A DNA stretch of 64,000 bases, from the IMG/VR virus record IMGVR_UViG_3300010885_070871, positions 16,923-80,922 of that record; one strand, written 5' to 3'. Positions 48,901 through 57,155 of this stretch are shown here, in pieces; positions within the stretch are counted from its first letter, which is position 1, and the number at the start of each line of letters is the position of its first letter. The position numbers and the translations under genes are program-made. The notes beneath the pieces are model-generated. The model saw nothing but the letters and a program-made list of their open reading frames with translations. It searched no databases and had not been told where the DNA came from. Source of the DNA: a virus.

Positions 48901-49730
48901 GGATGAAAATGTGCGGGGGTCAATCAGGTGACGAAGCTTTTGATATAGAAAGTGATTCTGAAGAGAATGTTTATATAACAGGATCTTATACTAGTCCTGC
49001 TTATTTTTCACCTGTAGAAATAAATTCTAGAGGTGGTACTGATATCTACTTAACTAAATTCAATAAAGATGGTATTTTAGTAGATATAGTTACAGCTGGT
49101 GGTGTAAATAACGATAAGGGAGCGGATTTAGTTCTTGATAGAGAAGAAAATATTTACATAACAGGTTACTTTACAGGAGAGGCAGATTTTTCTCCTTATG
49201 TTGTAATGTCTCCTCCAGGTTCTGTTGCTGATGCTTTCATCGGAAAAATACCTAAGAAGAGATTTAGTCCTGGTTACACTATAGGTGGAGTACAATCTTG
49301 GTTAGGCTCACATTCTTGGTCTTGGAGAGAAGAAAGATTCTACGAGAAAGAATTTGAAGTTCCTTTAGCAACTACAGTTTTTATAAATCCTATAGACTCT
49401 TTAATCCCAGGAAAGAAAAATCACGTGTGGACTTTAACTGATACCGAGACAGGAGAAGTGATAGTAAAAATAAGAAAGAGTCCTTACTTTATATGGACAT
49501 TTACAAACCCTGGTTTTTACTCGTTAACTTGTCAGCTACAAGACGCAAACGGAAATCCGTATGATATACAGCATAAAGGTAAAATAAGAGTTATAGACCA
49601 CAAAGAATCGTTTGCAGGAGACTTAATACCTGATGTTGTTAATCCAGAAGATTATTTGATTAGATCTATATACGAAACAAGAAAGACTTTAGGATTTCCT
49701 CCTTTATCTCCTTTTGACGTAGAGGCGTAA
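42942..49730 (+). CDS. Giant gp7-like baseplate wedge/adhesin with beta-propeller repeats and PKD-like C-terminus
   Basis: LGSYKSLFNAIKFFGY; NSGLPSN / WIGTDQG propeller blades; D..GNIYITG.F..D.F..K SBBP-like blades. Confidence 0.7.
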   Translation: MTLQNLLFFNKKGDQYNFKFNGDYWEGSVLFPKVSEKLFEIEHVFIIEKFLNPTQDIEYGFPHSYGVSPGSPLWKTEWESKYDEKTDVSSIIYTYELGIDPELDSPVLVKADSIEYYPEVVPGDAIASPSGLVITSSITSSSIQVNIALNSDNEGVYDRTLYIKDYTDPNNPVTILKVNFHGEVEGEDSRLSVLLANFGRSFNIDDSFISRDSDIKEPLPDFELINQKRKELLLTGESIFPYLGSYKSLFNAIKFFGYYDLRIKEYWLNVKRDSATVLTPLQQNAKMLKELSRPNLEGQNSLELISSLIEDENKGKFKQVEIYGKRKDGSFGLKKSFEKLFPSKSYKKTALFGLFYDINRVVEDQDEDQFGYPIVEDAFTFSPEEVLIKLFGLRERLKKDYLPLNARIVDITGEGVYFNIYNTRGWVDQLGIDEVKSGIEVKFKAFPEVGYVEDLRVFSTKPNQQGILYPAINGAEPGISYYGNEIDPYSYYQQYPVPNIPLLTNAIQSFYDDIKKGEMPKFLGNGDYDPPGYKLYSNGEDYVLPAGCPIVLTNATFDLAWEEISGSWNSLDPSVTTTLLNVANYTSTINPNPGTPAQSVNSLSTYTISSTLPQTVVINIGTGNLWFSTIPNEVVFVRVESVSSPGNLILGYVNTGDYNNISGNLTIQVISVRGSGTYSNWTVTPTNINFNTYSFEYFQNWIYPGGFYSWDRLPYLDFYEIEWTIYKEDESPYYFQIRGGLPDLEILPHFLPYTGEYTVQCRLWDTLNSISLGITRSAIKVDKRQIELNCLTRFRESETYDWNNVPLKWESYPSQWIWPVENTDQTTKISDVIQNFPEYSNNFNEGQSCEVLTKIPEIKAETVFEIGVTGVSIVNIASLPIGGSPAFSYGFAIVTTLTSHGYSSGSNVWIYDSLGNPYGQFPITVLSPTTFEIPQVVITPITGGSVFGQGTIIITADGLQIANTTYSGTINSTAGVIYSQINNSVVSPKYKIINLVDSITTNQKVITLQAPNNSGSLWNGKIVTIQTTGSLYSVSSSSVFTGGVNETEQYLPYDFNYLPKPEMRYWGTKKLSWDTFEDFEFSKAYAHTWDMYDYHNDWLGGFDLYGVQYNDRVRVTSETNGLVFTEYSSPMNSYLGLDEAVDQLNDSIDPNIKRFSYISRNYSNLPNNFYPNSSPISPELSTDPGPKNINSKFFKLPTYSPVTFTPTGIAWDGDGEIWVTGEDAIKFDGLNFYNYDSSNSPMPGVGIKTNCIKIDRNDVKWIGVDNDLVPLVKINEKDPSQSVGYNVSDFVDNNGNPVCPIANSSINVIEINPRTGDIFAAFVSNTSPSYDGLLFYDNAAKSWVLYTTSNSGIPSDEIRDLRLEYYGINKWYLWIATDNGLSRFNGVSFKNYDTTNSGLPSNNLYSIELDKLNHKWIGTDQGIVYWDHLRWAVWNNGTNPELPVGRFTNIVEAGNVNVWFVIDAPASPGDNELWFFDGYFFTKVLYRNDGSTLIRPCPNFYGKSSLSAPWKTIKNGEITFPRNLITVTDQGEICKIDYIVPHIHATAKFPGIDGWDFVYHDTSNPLPAIQYIYNGGIDYSQLQFNMIVGPVNDNITLNSDATRPIMPHVDRYSWYKPIWQRYRIDYLKDQFPSLDLDDVFLYAPLRDILEGKATKESYWKNSIIERIAQKKSRELFENFEWVVTLGNTAPDQGVKLTVDLEGDVIAIGDFNGTIFMGEVNNIGTQDIYLTTPEQGVYIAKYNKAGVIQWARAITSTLVQGPIFARSAITDANGNIYVVSDNNLTGFILLSKYNSSGVLLNTLNIPVGPSQFLGDIKVDKYENVYICGSFQGTLNLGAFTLTSLTQDAGFVAKLDSTLTFVWANQLSTTNFSKCFELAVLKEEYLYLTGSFDTQVNFGNVTLNGVGNPDLFISKLNTGDGTCLWAESLAFDSLTSFSDSSICIDPKGHVLVTGSFQGTIQLEKKKITSFPGANDIFVIKLLSTGKLMWMKMCGGQSGDEAFDIESDSEENVYITGSYTSPAYFSPVEINSRGGTDIYLTKFNKDGILVDIVTAGGVNNDKGADLVLDREENIYITGYFTGEADFSPYVVMSPPGSVADAFIGKIPKKRFSPGYTIGGVQSWLGSHSWSWREERFYEKEFEVPLATTVFINPIDSLIPGKKNHVWTLTDTETGEVIVKIRKSPYFIWTFTNPGFYSLTCQLQDANGNPYDIQHKGKIRVIDHKESFAGDLIPDVVNPEDYLIRSIYETRKTLGFPPLSPFDVEA

Positions 49731-49745
49731 ATTTTATAAAATATA

Positions 49746-50417
49746 TTACGTGTTATACTCTTTGTATATGTCCAATATTTTTGGAACTACTTCGTGTCTG
49801 TGATTCTGTTTTAGTGTTATTATTTTAACACCATCTACTCTAGATGCTACTGTATTTAAAAAATCTAGTCCTGAGTCTTTTTTGTTTTTTAGATCTATTT
49901 GGGTTGTGTCTCCACATATTATCATTTTAGATCCTTTTCCTAATCTTCCGATTACCATTTCCATTTGTCCTGTTGTTACGTTTTGTGCTTCGTCTACAAC
50001 AACACATGAATTAACTAGTGTTCTTCCTCTCATGAAAGGAAATGGGAGAATTTCTATAATTCCGTCATTTAAAAAATTTTCAATTTTTTCTTTATTGTAA
50101 AGCATTTCCAAATTAGCATAGATTGGAGCTAACCAAGGATCTAATTTTTCTTTTAATGATCCAGGAAGGAATCCTATATCTTCTTTAGCAACTGTAGGTC
50201 TTGTTATCACTATTCTTTCTATTTCTCTAGTAAATAAAAGATCTAAAGCTATCTGAACTGCTAATAAAGTTTTACCAGAACCTGCCATCCCTCTTAAAAC
50301 ATTAACGGGATTTTCTAATATTATTTTTTTAGCCTCCTTCTGTTCTTCGTTTAATGATATTTTAAAATTTATTGGATTTTTTGGCTTTTTCTTTTGTGTC
50401 CAGTTATTTTCACTCAT
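49746..50417 (-). CDS. phoH: PhoH-like ATPase
   Basis: GMAGSGKT, ITRP, IGFLPG, FMRGRT, VDEAQN, GDTTQID. Confidence 0.93.
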   Translation of the reverse strand: MSENNWTQKKKPKNPINFKISLNEEQKEAKKIILENPVNVLRGMAGSGKTLLAVQIALDLLFTREIERIVITRPTVAKEDIGFLPGSLKEKLDPWLAPIYANLEMLYNKEKIENFLNDGIIEILPFPFMRGRTLVNSCVVVDEAQNVTTGQMEMVIGRLGKGSKMIICGDTTQIDLKNKKDSGLDFLNTVASRVDGVKIITLKQNHRHEVVPKILDIYKEYNT

Positions 50418-50498
50418 ATTATCGATTTTTTAAGAAACATTGGATATGTTTTGCTGTTAAATATAATATCCTAACTTTTTTTGTTAATGTAGTTACAG

Positions 50499-50508
50499 GA
50501 TATATATC
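50499..50508. promoter_or_regulatory. Palindromic GATATATATC, putative late promoter (possibly bidirectional)
   Basis: Perfect palindrome carrying the motif on both strands, between divergent phoH and 50524. Confidence 0.5.
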
Positions 50509-50523
50509 AAAAAAGAAAAAACA

Positions 50524-51447
50524 ATGTCTGTAACAATCACTGAAATTCTTGGTACTGATTCCATATCGGGATCTAGACTAACTATCAACTCAAATTTCCT
50601 TTTATTGGAAAATGCTTACAATGATCTAGAAAACACATTTAATATAAATGTTTTGACAGGATCCTTAGATGTTTCGTCTGCTTCTAGTGGACAGATCAAA
50701 GCAAAATCTATGCTTTCAAATAGTATGGTTATGCCTTCATCCGGATCCCCCAATATACAAATATATGGAACTGGAGCTAGTGCAGGATTTATGGTAGCTT
50801 CTAGTACAGTTGCTTCCGCCACTGGTATATTTTCTAATCTTTTACAGGCAAACACACTTTCTGCATCTGGAGCAGCAACCTTTGGTGCAACTGCATCTTT
50901 CCAGGGCGTACTTAATAATAATGGACCATTTACAGTAGGAGCTTCTGGTAATTTTATCAATACTAATAGAAAAGCTACTGTTGGTATAAATACAGCTTTT
51001 CCTTCTGCTCCTGGAGCAGGTGTTACAGGATCTTATTCAAGCCCTTATATTCCAACTTTAACTGAAAGTGTAATTTATATACAATCTGATTATGTTTCTC
51101 CTGCTCCAGCTGATGTAGCTAACAGTACAGGTTTCTTCTTTTATGCAACAACAGGTTTTGGTGCAACAGCATCATCTATTCCTGCTGGTTTCACTTTAAC
51201 ATTTGTAGATGTGGCAACTACAACATCAGGTATCATAGCAACAGGAGTTACTGGACCAGGTGGTAGTGAATATTACACAGGATTCTCTACTGGTGATGGT
51301 TCTTATACAGATCCTAATATTACAGCACCAGGAAATCAATACAAATCATCATTAACTCTAATGTGGGAACCTAGAATAGATCAGAATGCTTTAACCCAAA
51401 AAGGTTCTTGGATAGTTGTAAATGCTGTAGGTAACTTCACATTCTAA
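50524..51447 (+). CDS. Putative tail fibre/baseplate-attached protein
   Basis: N-terminal ILGTDSISGSRLTINSNF anchor-like motif; G/S/T/A-rich. Confidence 0.6.
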   Translation: MSVTITEILGTDSISGSRLTINSNFLLLENAYNDLENTFNINVLTGSLDVSSASSGQIKAKSMLSNSMVMPSSGSPNIQIYGTGASAGFMVASSTVASATGIFSNLLQANTLSASGAATFGATASFQGVLNNNGPFTVGASGNFINTNRKATVGINTAFPSAPGAGVTGSYSSPYIPTLTESVIYIQSDYVSPAPADVANSTGFFFYATTGFGATASSIPAGFTLTFVDVATTTSGIIATGVTGPGGSEYYTGFSTGDGSYTDPNITAPGNQYKSSLTLMWEPRIDQNALTQKGSWIVVNAVGNFTF

Positions 51448-51460
51448 TTAAAATTAAAAA

Positions 51461-53644
51461 ATGGCAAAAACACCGTATATAAGACCCATAGCAGTTCAAG
51501 GAGGTACATTTTATACCTTTTCTTCAGCTGCAGAGGATTTGTCTTTAACTTTTAATAATTCAGTAAAGAAATTTAAGTTTTCAAAATATGCTCTTCTTAA
51601 ACTTCCTGAATTTAGGTCTCCAGTATACGGAGAAAATACTTTACAGTTTGATGCTATAGATACAACATTTTTAGATGCTGCTTATGGTGATTTCGTTTTA
51701 AGTAACCCTAACAACTTAAGTCCTTCTCCTGAAATATCTTTTCAAAACTATTGCTTGAATTTAGAAGCAACAGTAATATCAGATCCTAATTATAATCCAG
51801 AACTTAAAAGAAATGTTACAGAAAGAGTTTTTTGGAAATGGGTAAAAGAATTAGGAGGGATTAGATACAGAGGAGCGAATCAAAATGAAGTTGTTACAAC
51901 ATTAAATCAAACAACCACTACAACGGTGGATGGATTTCCTTATTCAGATAAAAGATGGGTAGAAGAAAATACTTTTCTTAGTGGTAATGGAACTCCTACT
52001 CCTAGATACGAAAGAGTAGTTCAATATGTAGGAGAAATTGATGTTGTTAATTCAGTTCAAAATTCAGATAACGCTTATTCAGAAGTTTATATTCATGTAC
52101 CAACAGGAGACGGTGCAACACCTTATGTTTTATTTAAAACAATAGCAGATGAAAACTATTATCCTGACAGAACATGGACACATTTACCTCCTGACCCATT
52201 AGACACGGAATATTTACAAGGAAGAGATTCAGCATCAGGTTTATACGGTCCTAATGGACTTCCTAAACTTGCTATTTTTGATCAGGATGTATTAGGAGAA
52301 CCTGGAGTTAGTGGAACATCTGCAACAGGATCTTTTACTAGCAATTGGTACACTCCTAGAGACGAAGCGAATTCTTATTTTACAGATCCTTCTTTCTTTG
52401 ACCAATCAAATTATATTCTTCAAAAATATGTTGCTGCTTCAGGACCTAGTAGTGTTTCAGTAACATACAAAAGAAGTAATCTAGACGGAGTTCAGATTGA
52501 TTTTGATCCTTTATCATATAAAGCAGTTCAAGATTATGTTGGTATATCTACAATAGAAGAATGGAATGGCACGCCAACAACTCAATCTTTTGATTTTAAT
52601 GCTATATTAGTTTATTATGACGTTTATGATCCTAGTAATCCTACTGATTCAGAAACTAATCTTTATGGTATATTATTCTTAAACGATCCAGAACCAATAT
52701 CAACAAATGGTGCAAAACTTCCTTTATTTAAAAAGTTTAAGCCAGATCCTATTACCAAATTAAATGGTAATTCTTATGGACTCAAGATCAATTTAAAATT
52801 TGATTCTAGTGTAGAAAGTACAGGGGTAGAACAAGCAATAAATGATTATTCTTCGTTTTCTCTTTCTATCTTTATGGATGCTGCTACAGTTTTACAGGAT
52901 GCAGCAAAAACATTAAATGATAGAACTTTACAGATAATATCAATTGAGCAGGATGTTGCAGCTTTAAAAGATTTAATTATTAATACTGATGATAGTACTG
53001 AAATAAAAGCAAGATTAGATGTAATTGAAAGTTCTTTACAAGCGAATCAAGCTCTTTTTGAAAACACACAAGATATATTATCTTTAATAGAAAAAAATAC
53101 AGATTCTATAAATGACATACTACAGAATCAAACTTCTGTTCAGATGTCATACAATTTAGATTTATTGAAAGATGGTAAAGCTACTAAAGTTGATAGATCA
53201 GTTCCTAATATTTTAAGAGTAGATGTAACACAGCAGGATTATAACATTGGACAAAATTCAGTATTTACTATAAATCCAGTTGCTGGAAATACTATACCTT
53301 TACAGGAGTATACAAACTATTTGAAGCATAAAAACAACGGTCTTTCTATTAATTCTAATAATGATATAATAATAAAAATAGATGACAGTTTAGTTACTTG
53401 GAAGAAAGGACAAACTATGAGAATTTCTATAGGTGATGATATAAACTTAGGAAATTATTCTCTAGTTATTCTTACTGATGCTTTAGGAGCATATCCTATC
53501 GGAGCACCTTCAGGAGTTCCTTACTCAGTTGTTATAGCAGGATTTTTAAATTCTCAATTTGCCTCTGCATCATACAAACCAATATTTGATATTGTGTGTG
53601 TTGATGATGTTAATCTGACTTTTGAAGTTGACCAAATAAAATAA
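51461..53644 (+). CDS. Putative virion structural protein
   Basis: 727 aa in the late operon; internal coiled coil. Confidence 0.6.
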   Translation: MAKTPYIRPIAVQGGTFYTFSSAAEDLSLTFNNSVKKFKFSKYALLKLPEFRSPVYGENTLQFDAIDTTFLDAAYGDFVLSNPNNLSPSPEISFQNYCLNLEATVISDPNYNPELKRNVTERVFWKWVKELGGIRYRGANQNEVVTTLNQTTTTTVDGFPYSDKRWVEENTFLSGNGTPTPRYERVVQYVGEIDVVNSVQNSDNAYSEVYIHVPTGDGATPYVLFKTIADENYYPDRTWTHLPPDPLDTEYLQGRDSASGLYGPNGLPKLAIFDQDVLGEPGVSGTSATGSFTSNWYTPRDEANSYFTDPSFFDQSNYILQKYVAASGPSSVSVTYKRSNLDGVQIDFDPLSYKAVQDYVGISTIEEWNGTPTTQSFDFNAILVYYDVYDPSNPTDSETNLYGILFLNDPEPISTNGAKLPLFKKFKPDPITKLNGNSYGLKINLKFDSSVESTGVEQAINDYSSFSLSIFMDAATVLQDAAKTLNDRTLQIISIEQDVAALKDLIINTDDSTEIKARLDVIESSLQANQALFENTQDILSLIEKNTDSINDILQNQTSVQMSYNLDLLKDGKATKVDRSVPNILRVDVTQQDYNIGQNSVFTINPVAGNTIPLQEYTNYLKHKNNGLSINSNNDIIIKIDDSLVTWKKGQTMRISIGDDINLGNYSLVILTDALGAYPIGAPSGVPYSVVIAGFLNSQFASASYKPIFDIVCVDDVNLTFEVDQIK

Positions 53645-53650
53645 TAAGAA

Positions 53651-56600
53651 ATGTCTAATACAAAAAATTCTTTTTCGTCTTTAATAGCTCAATTTCTGAG
53701 ATTACAAAAAAACTCATTAGAAATTATAAACAAATTAAATGACGTTACAACATCACCTAATGATTCAGTACAGATTGAATTTTTGAAGGATGACAATACC
53801 TCAGAAAATATACAGGTTCCTTCTTTTGGATTCCTAAAGTCTGAAATAAATCGTTTGGATCAAAACATTCAAGCTTTATCTGGATTAGAAGATAATAGTG
53901 CTAACATAAGAAAACCAGACGGAACTGTAGCAAAAATCTATCAAGCAACTGTTTTACAGGATCCTCAGTCACCTGATAGTTTACAAGTTCCTTCAACATT
54001 CAGAGCTAGAAACAATTGGTTTTTTGAATCTTTTCTTAATCCTTTACTTTATATTACAATTGATGTAGAGAATCAAATACCAGATAACTCTGAAAAAGTA
54101 ATAACTAAAAGAATTATAGCTAGCACTCAATCTGATGTACAAAAGCAATATTTTGATGCAAATGTTAAAGGAAGAAACGATTTAAGTGATTCTGATTTCA
54201 TAGCAACATTACAAAGCCAAGGCATACCTTATTTTGTAGATGAACAAACAGTTGATTTAGATCTAAGAACAATTAGATATACAGGATCATTTGGTGTATT
54301 AAGAATATTTGACGAGGAAACTCAAACAACACAGAACGGAGTAACAACAACTAATACAGTAAGAAAATATAAATTAAGTAATACAAGATATACTGACACC
54401 TTATCAAATACGACTAATTCTAGAACCCTTACCAAAGGTGATAAATTAATAACTCAAGGTGGTACTAAGTACGAAATTACTTCGATAGATATTGCAGATC
54501 AAACTGTAGTATTAAAAAGATTATTTGGATTTGAGGCTATACAGATAGGTGATAATTCATTAACTATCTACTCTAATGTTTTATCAAATAGATCAGTTGA
54601 TGTTAATGTTGGATTTGATGAGAGACAGGGAGTTTTTATAAAAAGTATAGATGGTGATTTTAACGTTGCTTCTAGCAGCTTTAGTCCTGGTATATGTTTT
54701 TGGAGCAATGAGTTACAGATAAACACTTCTGAAGGTGTACAAACTTTGGAGGTTTTTTATAATTCTCAAGTTTCTGATTTTGGAAAAACTTTTATTGCTG
54801 CTGCTAAAGAAAAAACAATTCCTGCAGTTTATGGACAAACACCTAATTCACCTGTTCTTTCTGCAGAAAATTTTAGAGTTGTACAAGTTAATACACAGAT
54901 AACAGATTCAAAAGAAAACAAAGATTTTAAAGATAAAATACAAACAAAGACATCTTTAAAAAATGAGATTTCTTCAATTGATAGAGCAATAGATCAAACT
55001 AGAAAGCAGCTTTCTGAATTAACTACTACTTCTACCGGAAATGCTCCTACTGCAGAATTCAAAAAATTAAATGATAAGGTTTCCACATTAACAAAGGATA
55101 AAACTAATAAAACAGATTTATTAGCTACCACGATAACTGATATAAACAATCTTACAACAACTACCCCTGAATTAGTAGAGGCTCCAAAATACAGAGTTAG
55201 AGGATTCTGGCCAATTCCTGAACCTTTAACAGATCCTAAGACTGGAGACCAGAACATAATACAATTCAATGTTAGATACAGATACCTTTCTTTGACTGGT
55301 AATTCTAATCCTACAACTCAGATAGATTTCGTAGATAATAACGGAGCAAGAAGAGCAGGACAATTTACTAACTGGACTCAATTTGTAACAGATTTAAGAA
55401 AAAAAGAATATGATCCAATTCAAGGTATTTATGTTTGGAAAGTAGAAGATGTAAGTGACGCTAACACAGTTAATATAAATCAATTAGATGTTGCCATTAC
55501 AAAAGGTGAAAAAGTCGAGATTCAAGTACAATCCATTTCTGAAGCAGGCTGGCCTACTAATCCACTAACATCAGATTGGTCAACTTCAGTTACTGTTGAA
55601 TTTCCTGCAGATTTAGCGGTATTAATAGATAATTCACCATACATAAACCAAAATCTTAGTGATGATACTATTGTAAAAATACAAAGTGATCTTCAGGCAA
55701 AAGGTTTAGATCAACATCTTTCAACCTCTTTTACTTCTGGAGACAAATATTATGCTCACGTAGCTTCTTCAATATCGTCTGGATTTTTCGATGTCTCAGG
55801 AAGAGCACTAGATCTTTTTCAGAAATTGACACAAATAGATAACGAATTACAATCACTTAGAGCTCTAGTTGCTAAAGCAAAAGGTACTCTTGGAATTTAT
55901 ATAAGAAACGGAAACACAAGTAATAAAATTAACAACGGTAGTACTGTTAATCTTTTTGCTGGATATTATGATCAGCTTATTGATCTTTCTAATCCTAGTA
56001 ATAAAGGAAAAATCGCTACTGTTATATACTATCTGGAGTTCAGAAACGAAGCAGCTACACCTCTTGAACTTTCTTCTTTAATCCCAGGAGGTCAAGGTGT
56101 AAAAGCACCTAACACAATTGCTGGACAAAACGATTATAACAATAATAGAAAATACGGGGAAACTCCGATACAGTTATCAGGAATTAATGCTTCCCAAGTT
56201 AACGTAACTACCCCTGGATATTTTATACAAACACCAGGATATCAAAGTGGTAATGCTTATTCTCAATTTGTGTATTCAAGGTATAAAAGTGTAGGTTTAG
56301 ATGAGAATCTTTATTTTACACCAGATACTTTACTTACATGGAACATTTCAAATGGAACAACAAACCAACCTATAAATAATAGAGGTATATTAATGCCATT
56401 TGAACCTAATACAACAACAGTTACTGGAGCAGGAGCTAATACTAGTATATGGGGAGGAACATACACTGGAGTTACTCCTAATGGAAATGGAAATCTAAAT
56501 GAATTCTGTATACACGTATCTCATCCATCAATAAATAATGGAGCTGCAAGTACTTTTGCTGCTTTAGAAAGACCTACAGTAGGATCTACGCCTCCAATGT

Positions 56601-57145
56601 TTTATCCAGCATTTAGACACGCTTTAGGATTTGAAGTTGATACAAATCTAAATTCATCTCCTGTTGGGGGAAATCAAACATTGTACACACAACAATTAGA
56701 ATTTTTCCCTTCAGCTCAGACTACATTCACTAGTAATGATTTTGACTATCCTAATAAACTAGGATTCATAGAATCTGATGAGTACTTATGTGGAAAATAT
56801 TCTTGTGGATCTTATTTATTTATAGCACCAACAGATCACTCTGCTATACAAATAGAAGGATCAACTCAATTAGCAAAGAAAACATTACAATTTGGACAGG
56901 AAAATGCAATAACAGTTCCTATAATATTTCAAATGAGAGCTCAGGATAAATTAGGATTTATAGGTGGCTGGAGAACAGCAGGTAATCTTAAGAATATAAC
57001 TTATACTAAAAAGATTGGTATAGATGTTCAGGTTAAAAATGAAGAATTATTTTCTTTTGATGTACTTGTTTCAGGAAGCTATACTAAAACTTCTCTTGTT
57101 TCTCCTGCATATTCACAGAATGTAATAACTAGTAGCAGCAATTAA
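53651..57145 (+). CDS. Putative virion structural protein
   Basis: 1164 aa; coiled coil followed by an FN3-like beta region. Confidence 0.6.
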   Translation: MSNTKNSFSSLIAQFLRLQKNSLEIINKLNDVTTSPNDSVQIEFLKDDNTSENIQVPSFGFLKSEINRLDQNIQALSGLEDNSANIRKPDGTVAKIYQATVLQDPQSPDSLQVPSTFRARNNWFFESFLNPLLYITIDVENQIPDNSEKVITKRIIASTQSDVQKQYFDANVKGRNDLSDSDFIATLQSQGIPYFVDEQTVDLDLRTIRYTGSFGVLRIFDEETQTTQNGVTTTNTVRKYKLSNTRYTDTLSNTTNSRTLTKGDKLITQGGTKYEITSIDIADQTVVLKRLFGFEAIQIGDNSLTIYSNVLSNRSVDVNVGFDERQGVFIKSIDGDFNVASSSFSPGICFWSNELQINTSEGVQTLEVFYNSQVSDFGKTFIAAAKEKTIPAVYGQTPNSPVLSAENFRVVQVNTQITDSKENKDFKDKIQTKTSLKNEISSIDRAIDQTRKQLSELTTTSTGNAPTAEFKKLNDKVSTLTKDKTNKTDLLATTITDINNLTTTTPELVEAPKYRVRGFWPIPEPLTDPKTGDQNIIQFNVRYRYLSLTGNSNPTTQIDFVDNNGARRAGQFTNWTQFVTDLRKKEYDPIQGIYVWKVEDVSDANTVNINQLDVAITKGEKVEIQVQSISEAGWPTNPLTSDWSTSVTVEFPADLAVLIDNSPYINQNLSDDTIVKIQSDLQAKGLDQHLSTSFTSGDKYYAHVASSISSGFFDVSGRALDLFQKLTQIDNELQSLRALVAKAKGTLGIYIRNGNTSNKINNGSTVNLFAGYYDQLIDLSNPSNKGKIATVIYYLEFRNEAATPLELSSLIPGGQGVKAPNTIAGQNDYNNNRKYGETPIQLSGINASQVNVTTPGYFIQTPGYQSGNAYSQFVYSRYKSVGLDENLYFTPDTLLTWNISNGTTNQPINNRGILMPFEPNTTTVTGAGANTSIWGGTYTGVTPNGNGNLNEFCIHVSHPSINNGAASTFAALERPTVGSTPPMFYPAFRHALGFEVDTNLNSSPVGGNQTLYTQQLEFFPSAQTTFTSNDFDYPNKLGFIESDEYLCGKYSCGSYLFIAPTDHSAIQIEGSTQLAKKTLQFGQENAITVPIIFQMRAQDKLGFIGGWRTAGNLKNITYTKKIGIDVQVKNEELFSFDVLVSGSYTKTSLVSPAYSQNVITSSSN

Positions 57146-57155
57146 TAATTGAAAA

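Noticed and set aside
1636-55269. Numerous short antisense or overlapping ORFs in the track (e.g. 1636-, 2970-, 5511+, 8512-, 32026-, 34864-, 50616-, 54994-)
   Set aside because: Nested within well-supported genes, with no motifs of their own
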